DNA of 64,000 nucleotides, taken from NCBI GenBank assembly GCA_024404495.1, contig JAKSPT010000012.1, forward strand, positions 2,499-66,498, read 5' to 3'. Origin of the DNA: Lachnospiraceae bacterium (GTDB lineage Bacteria > Bacillota > Clostridia > Oscillospirales > CAG-272). Under the pieces are notes generated by a model. That model was not told where the DNA came from. It did not search any database and saw only the letters and a program-made list of their open reading frames with translations. Made by a program: the position numbers and the translations under genes. Positions 61,885-64,000 of the stretch are shown here, piece after piece (position 1 is the stretch's first letter; every line of letters starts with the position of its first letter).

Positions 61885-63012
61885 TTGGAAGAACTGACCT
61901 TTGCCGCCCCCTGCCTCTTCGGGCTTGAAAAAATGCTGGGCGAGGAGATCGACGCCCTCGGTTACAAACGCACCGAGACGCTCGACGGCCGCGTCCTGTT
62001 CCGCGCCCCGCTCACCGAGCTGCCGCGCATCCTGCTTTCCCTCCGCTTTGCCGAGCGCGTGCTCATCGTCCTCGGCGATTTCCGTGCGGACACCTTCGAC
62101 GCGCTGTTTGAAGGGACGAAAGCGCTCCCGTGGGAGGATTTCATCGGTGAGACCGACCGTTTCCCGGTCAAGGGGCATTCGGTGAAAAGCAAGCTGTTCA
62201 GCGTTCCCGACTGCCAGAAGATCGTGAAAAAGGCGGTCGTGGACCGGCTTGCCTCGAAATACGGCGTTTCGTATTTTGAGGAGACCGACATCCTCTGTCA
62301 GATCGAGTTTTTCCTCCTGCGAGACCGGGCGTTTCTGATGCTCGACGCGACCGGCGTCCCGCTCCACAAGCGCGGCTACCGTCCCGAATCGGTCGCGGCG
62401 CCGCTCCGTGAGACCCTCGCCGCCGCGCTCGCCTCCCTTGCCCGTCCCCGCGAGGACGTGCTGTTCTGGGACCCGATGTGCGGCTCGGGCACGATCGCCA
62501 TCGAGGCGGCAATGCTGATGACCCACCGCGCCCCCGGGCTCGGGCGCTCCTTCGCCGCCGAGGATCTGCCGCTCCTCTCGGTAAAAGTCTGGGAGGCGGC
62601 GAGAGAAAAGGCGGAAAGCGAGATCGTGACCACCTCGTTTGAATGTTACGCCTCCGATATCGATCCCGAATGCGTGCGGATTGCCGGAGAATCGGCAAAA
62701 CGCGCCGGGGTATCGGCGCAGGTCAAGGTCTTTCAGCGTGACGCGCTCACGGTCGCGAAGGACGGCAGACGCGGTACGATCGTCTGCAATCCCCCCTACG
62801 GCGAACGCCTGATGACCCCTGCCGCCGTCGAGGAGCTTTACCGGAAAATGGGCGTGCACTTCAAGGAGCTCGACCCGTGGCAGATCTATATCCTGACCTC
62901 TCACGAAGGCTTTGAAAAGCTCTACGGCAGACGGGCGGACAAGGTCAGAAAGCTCTACAACGGGATGATCCCCTGCTATTTCTATCAGTATTTCAAGCGC
63001 AACGACCGCTGA
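61885..63012 (+). CDS. THUMP-domain class I SAM-dependent RNA methyltransferase (RlmL/YpsC-like)
   Basis: 375 aa, TTG start. CLFGLEKMLGEEI THUMP N-terminus, DPMCGSGTI SAM motif, NPPYGERL catalytic motif. Confidence 0.8.
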   Translation: MEELTFAAPCLFGLEKMLGEEIDALGYKRTETLDGRVLFRAPLTELPRILLSLRFAERVLIVLGDFRADTFDALFEGTKALPWEDFIGETDRFPVKGHSVKSKLFSVPDCQKIVKKAVVDRLASKYGVSYFEETDILCQIEFFLLRDRAFLMLDATGVPLHKRGYRPESVAAPLRETLAAALASLARPREDVLFWDPMCGSGTIAIEAAMLMTHRAPGLGRSFAAEDLPLLSVKVWEAAREKAESEIVTTSFECYASDIDPECVRIAGESAKRAGVSAQVKVFQRDALTVAKDGRRGTIVCNPPYGERLMTPAAVEELYRKMGVHFKELDPWQIYILTSHEGFEKLYGRRADKVRKLYNGMIPCYFYQYFKRNDR

Positions 63013-63033
63013 ACCGGATAAAGGAGAATGAAT

Positions 63034-64000
63034 ATGACCTATCTTGCGATCGACATCGGCGCCTCCAGCGGGCGCTTTATGCTCGGAGAGATCAAAAACG
63101 GGAAAATGGAGCTGACCGAGGTTTACCGCTTCCCGAACGGGATGATAAAAAAAGGGGACAAGCTGGTGTGGGACACCGCCGCCCTCTTCGGTCACATCAA
63201 AAAAGGTCTGCGCGCCTGCTCGGATTCCGGTCTCGTGCCCGATTATCTCGGGATCGACACCTGGGGCGTCGACTTCGTCCTGCTCGATAAGGACGAAAGA
63301 ATGATCGGCGACGCGGTCGGCTACCGCGATTCCCGCGTGGACGGGATGGACAAGCCGGTCTACGATATCGTTCCCGAAAGAGAACTCTACCGCCGCACCG
63401 GGATCCAGAAAAACAGCTTCAACACGATCTATCAGCTCGAGGCGCTGAAGGTGTACCATCCCGAGGAGCTGGAGGCCGCCGAAACGATGCTGATGATCCC
63501 CGAATATCTGAACTATCTCCTCACCGGAAAGAAGATGGCGGAATACACCATCGCCTCGACGTCGGGTCTTCTCGACGCCGCCGAATGCGACTGGGATTTC
63601 GACCTGATCGGAAAGCTCGGCTTCCCGCGCCGCATCTTCGGCAAGCTGAATATGCCGGGCACGAAGGTCGGCAGACTTCTCCCCGAGGTCGCCGCCGAGG
63701 TCGGGATGGACGTCACCGTTCTGCTTCCCGCCGCGCACGATACCGGCTCCGCCGTGCTCGCCCTTCCCACCAACGAGGAAAACGTCATTTACATCAGCTC
63801 GGGAACGTGGTCTCTGATGGGCGTTGAGCGCATGACCGCCGACACCGGAGAGGAAAGCTTCCTCTGCGACTTCACGAACGAGGGCGGCTACGACCGCCGC
63901 TACCGCTATCTGAAAAACATCATGGGGCTGTGGATGATCCAATCGGTCAGAAAGGAACTGAACGCCGCCGGCGGGAACTATTCCTTTGCGGATATCGAAC
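63034..64000 (+). CDS. rhaB: Rhamnulokinase (FGGY family), 3' end beyond the window
   Basis: MTYLAIDIGASSGRFMLGEI..., GIDTWGVDFVLLD, HDTGSAV. AAGGAG RBS 7 nt upstream. An in-frame ATG at 63028 is an alternative start. Confidence 0.75.
   Translation, partial: MTYLAIDIGASSGRFMLGEIKNGKMELTEVYRFPNGMIKKGDKLVWDTAALFGHIKKGLRACSDSGLVPDYLGIDTWGVDFVLLDKDERMIGDAVGYRDSRVDGMDKPVYDIVPERELYRRTGIQKNSFNTIYQLEALKVYHPEELEAAETMLMIPEYLNYLLTGKKMAEYTIASTSGLLDAAECDWDFDLIGKLGFPRRIFGKLNMPGTKVGRLLPEVAAEVGMDVTVLLPAAHDTGSAVLALPTNEENVIYISSGTWSLMGVERMTADTGEESFLCDFTNEGGYDRRYRYLKNIMGLWMIQSVRKELNAAGGNYSFADIE

Noticed and set aside
1-64000. Scan for mobile elements, prophage, tRNA/rRNA, and toxin-antitoxin or known defence gene signatures
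   Set aside because: No transposase, integrase or recombinase motifs, no cloverleaf-like tRNA sequences and no nuclease/helicase defence-type ORFs were recognised. topB looks like the core-genome Topo III rather than an ICE-borne copy, because no conjugation genes are nearby.

Overview
A 64-kb, high-GC (about 60%) chromosomal segment that looks like a spore-forming Clostridia (Oscillospiraceae/Ruminococcaceae-like) genome. I saw no rRNA, tRNA, CRISPR array, transposase, integrase or phage genes. Most of the window is densely packed housekeeping operons. These include clpB (5' partial), DUF1385-prmC and a Trp T-box-controlled ABC importer. Next come namZ, topB, a PPi-type phosphofructokinase, serC-serA, rpe and ispD-ispF. 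A long minus-strand run follows: tatD-metG, nagA, rluD-lspA-ileS, the Firmicute division cluster divIVA-yggT-sepF-yggS, then miaA and queA. The window ends with dapA, a cysteine desulfurase with a DUF3343 partner, a THUMP RNA methyltransferase and rhaB (3' partial). Many operons have near-perfect TTGACA-N17-TATAAT promoters and clear rho-independent terminators. Because of the high GC, the ORF track is full of long antisense shadow ORFs, which I rejected. I did not recognise a clearly novel multi-gene system such as a defence island. The parts that deserve a second look are:
- a germination/spore-surface-like block at 50.8-59.3 kb. It holds an SleC-like cortex-lytic enzyme whose prepro-like domain is a separate gene, an extra peptidoglycan-binding protein, an M-domain-less Clp ATPase whose 5' end is broken by one base in a T4 run, a signal-peptide-less DUF11 repeat protein, and a LamG-LamG-metallophosphoesterase surface protein;
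- two adjacent MacB-like fused ABC ATPase-FtsX permeases with very large extracytoplasmic domains, preceded by a structured leader;
- a 4 x 16-bp array of overlapping palindromes upstream of rpe;
- a ribbon-helix-helix protein co-transcribed with clpB;
- two giant surface enzymes that share an acidic Pro/Thr/Glu/Asp stalk plus a C-terminal TM/polybasic tail;
- two small AT-rich islets carrying orphan genes.
All family assignments come from motif recognition by eye. No database search was run.
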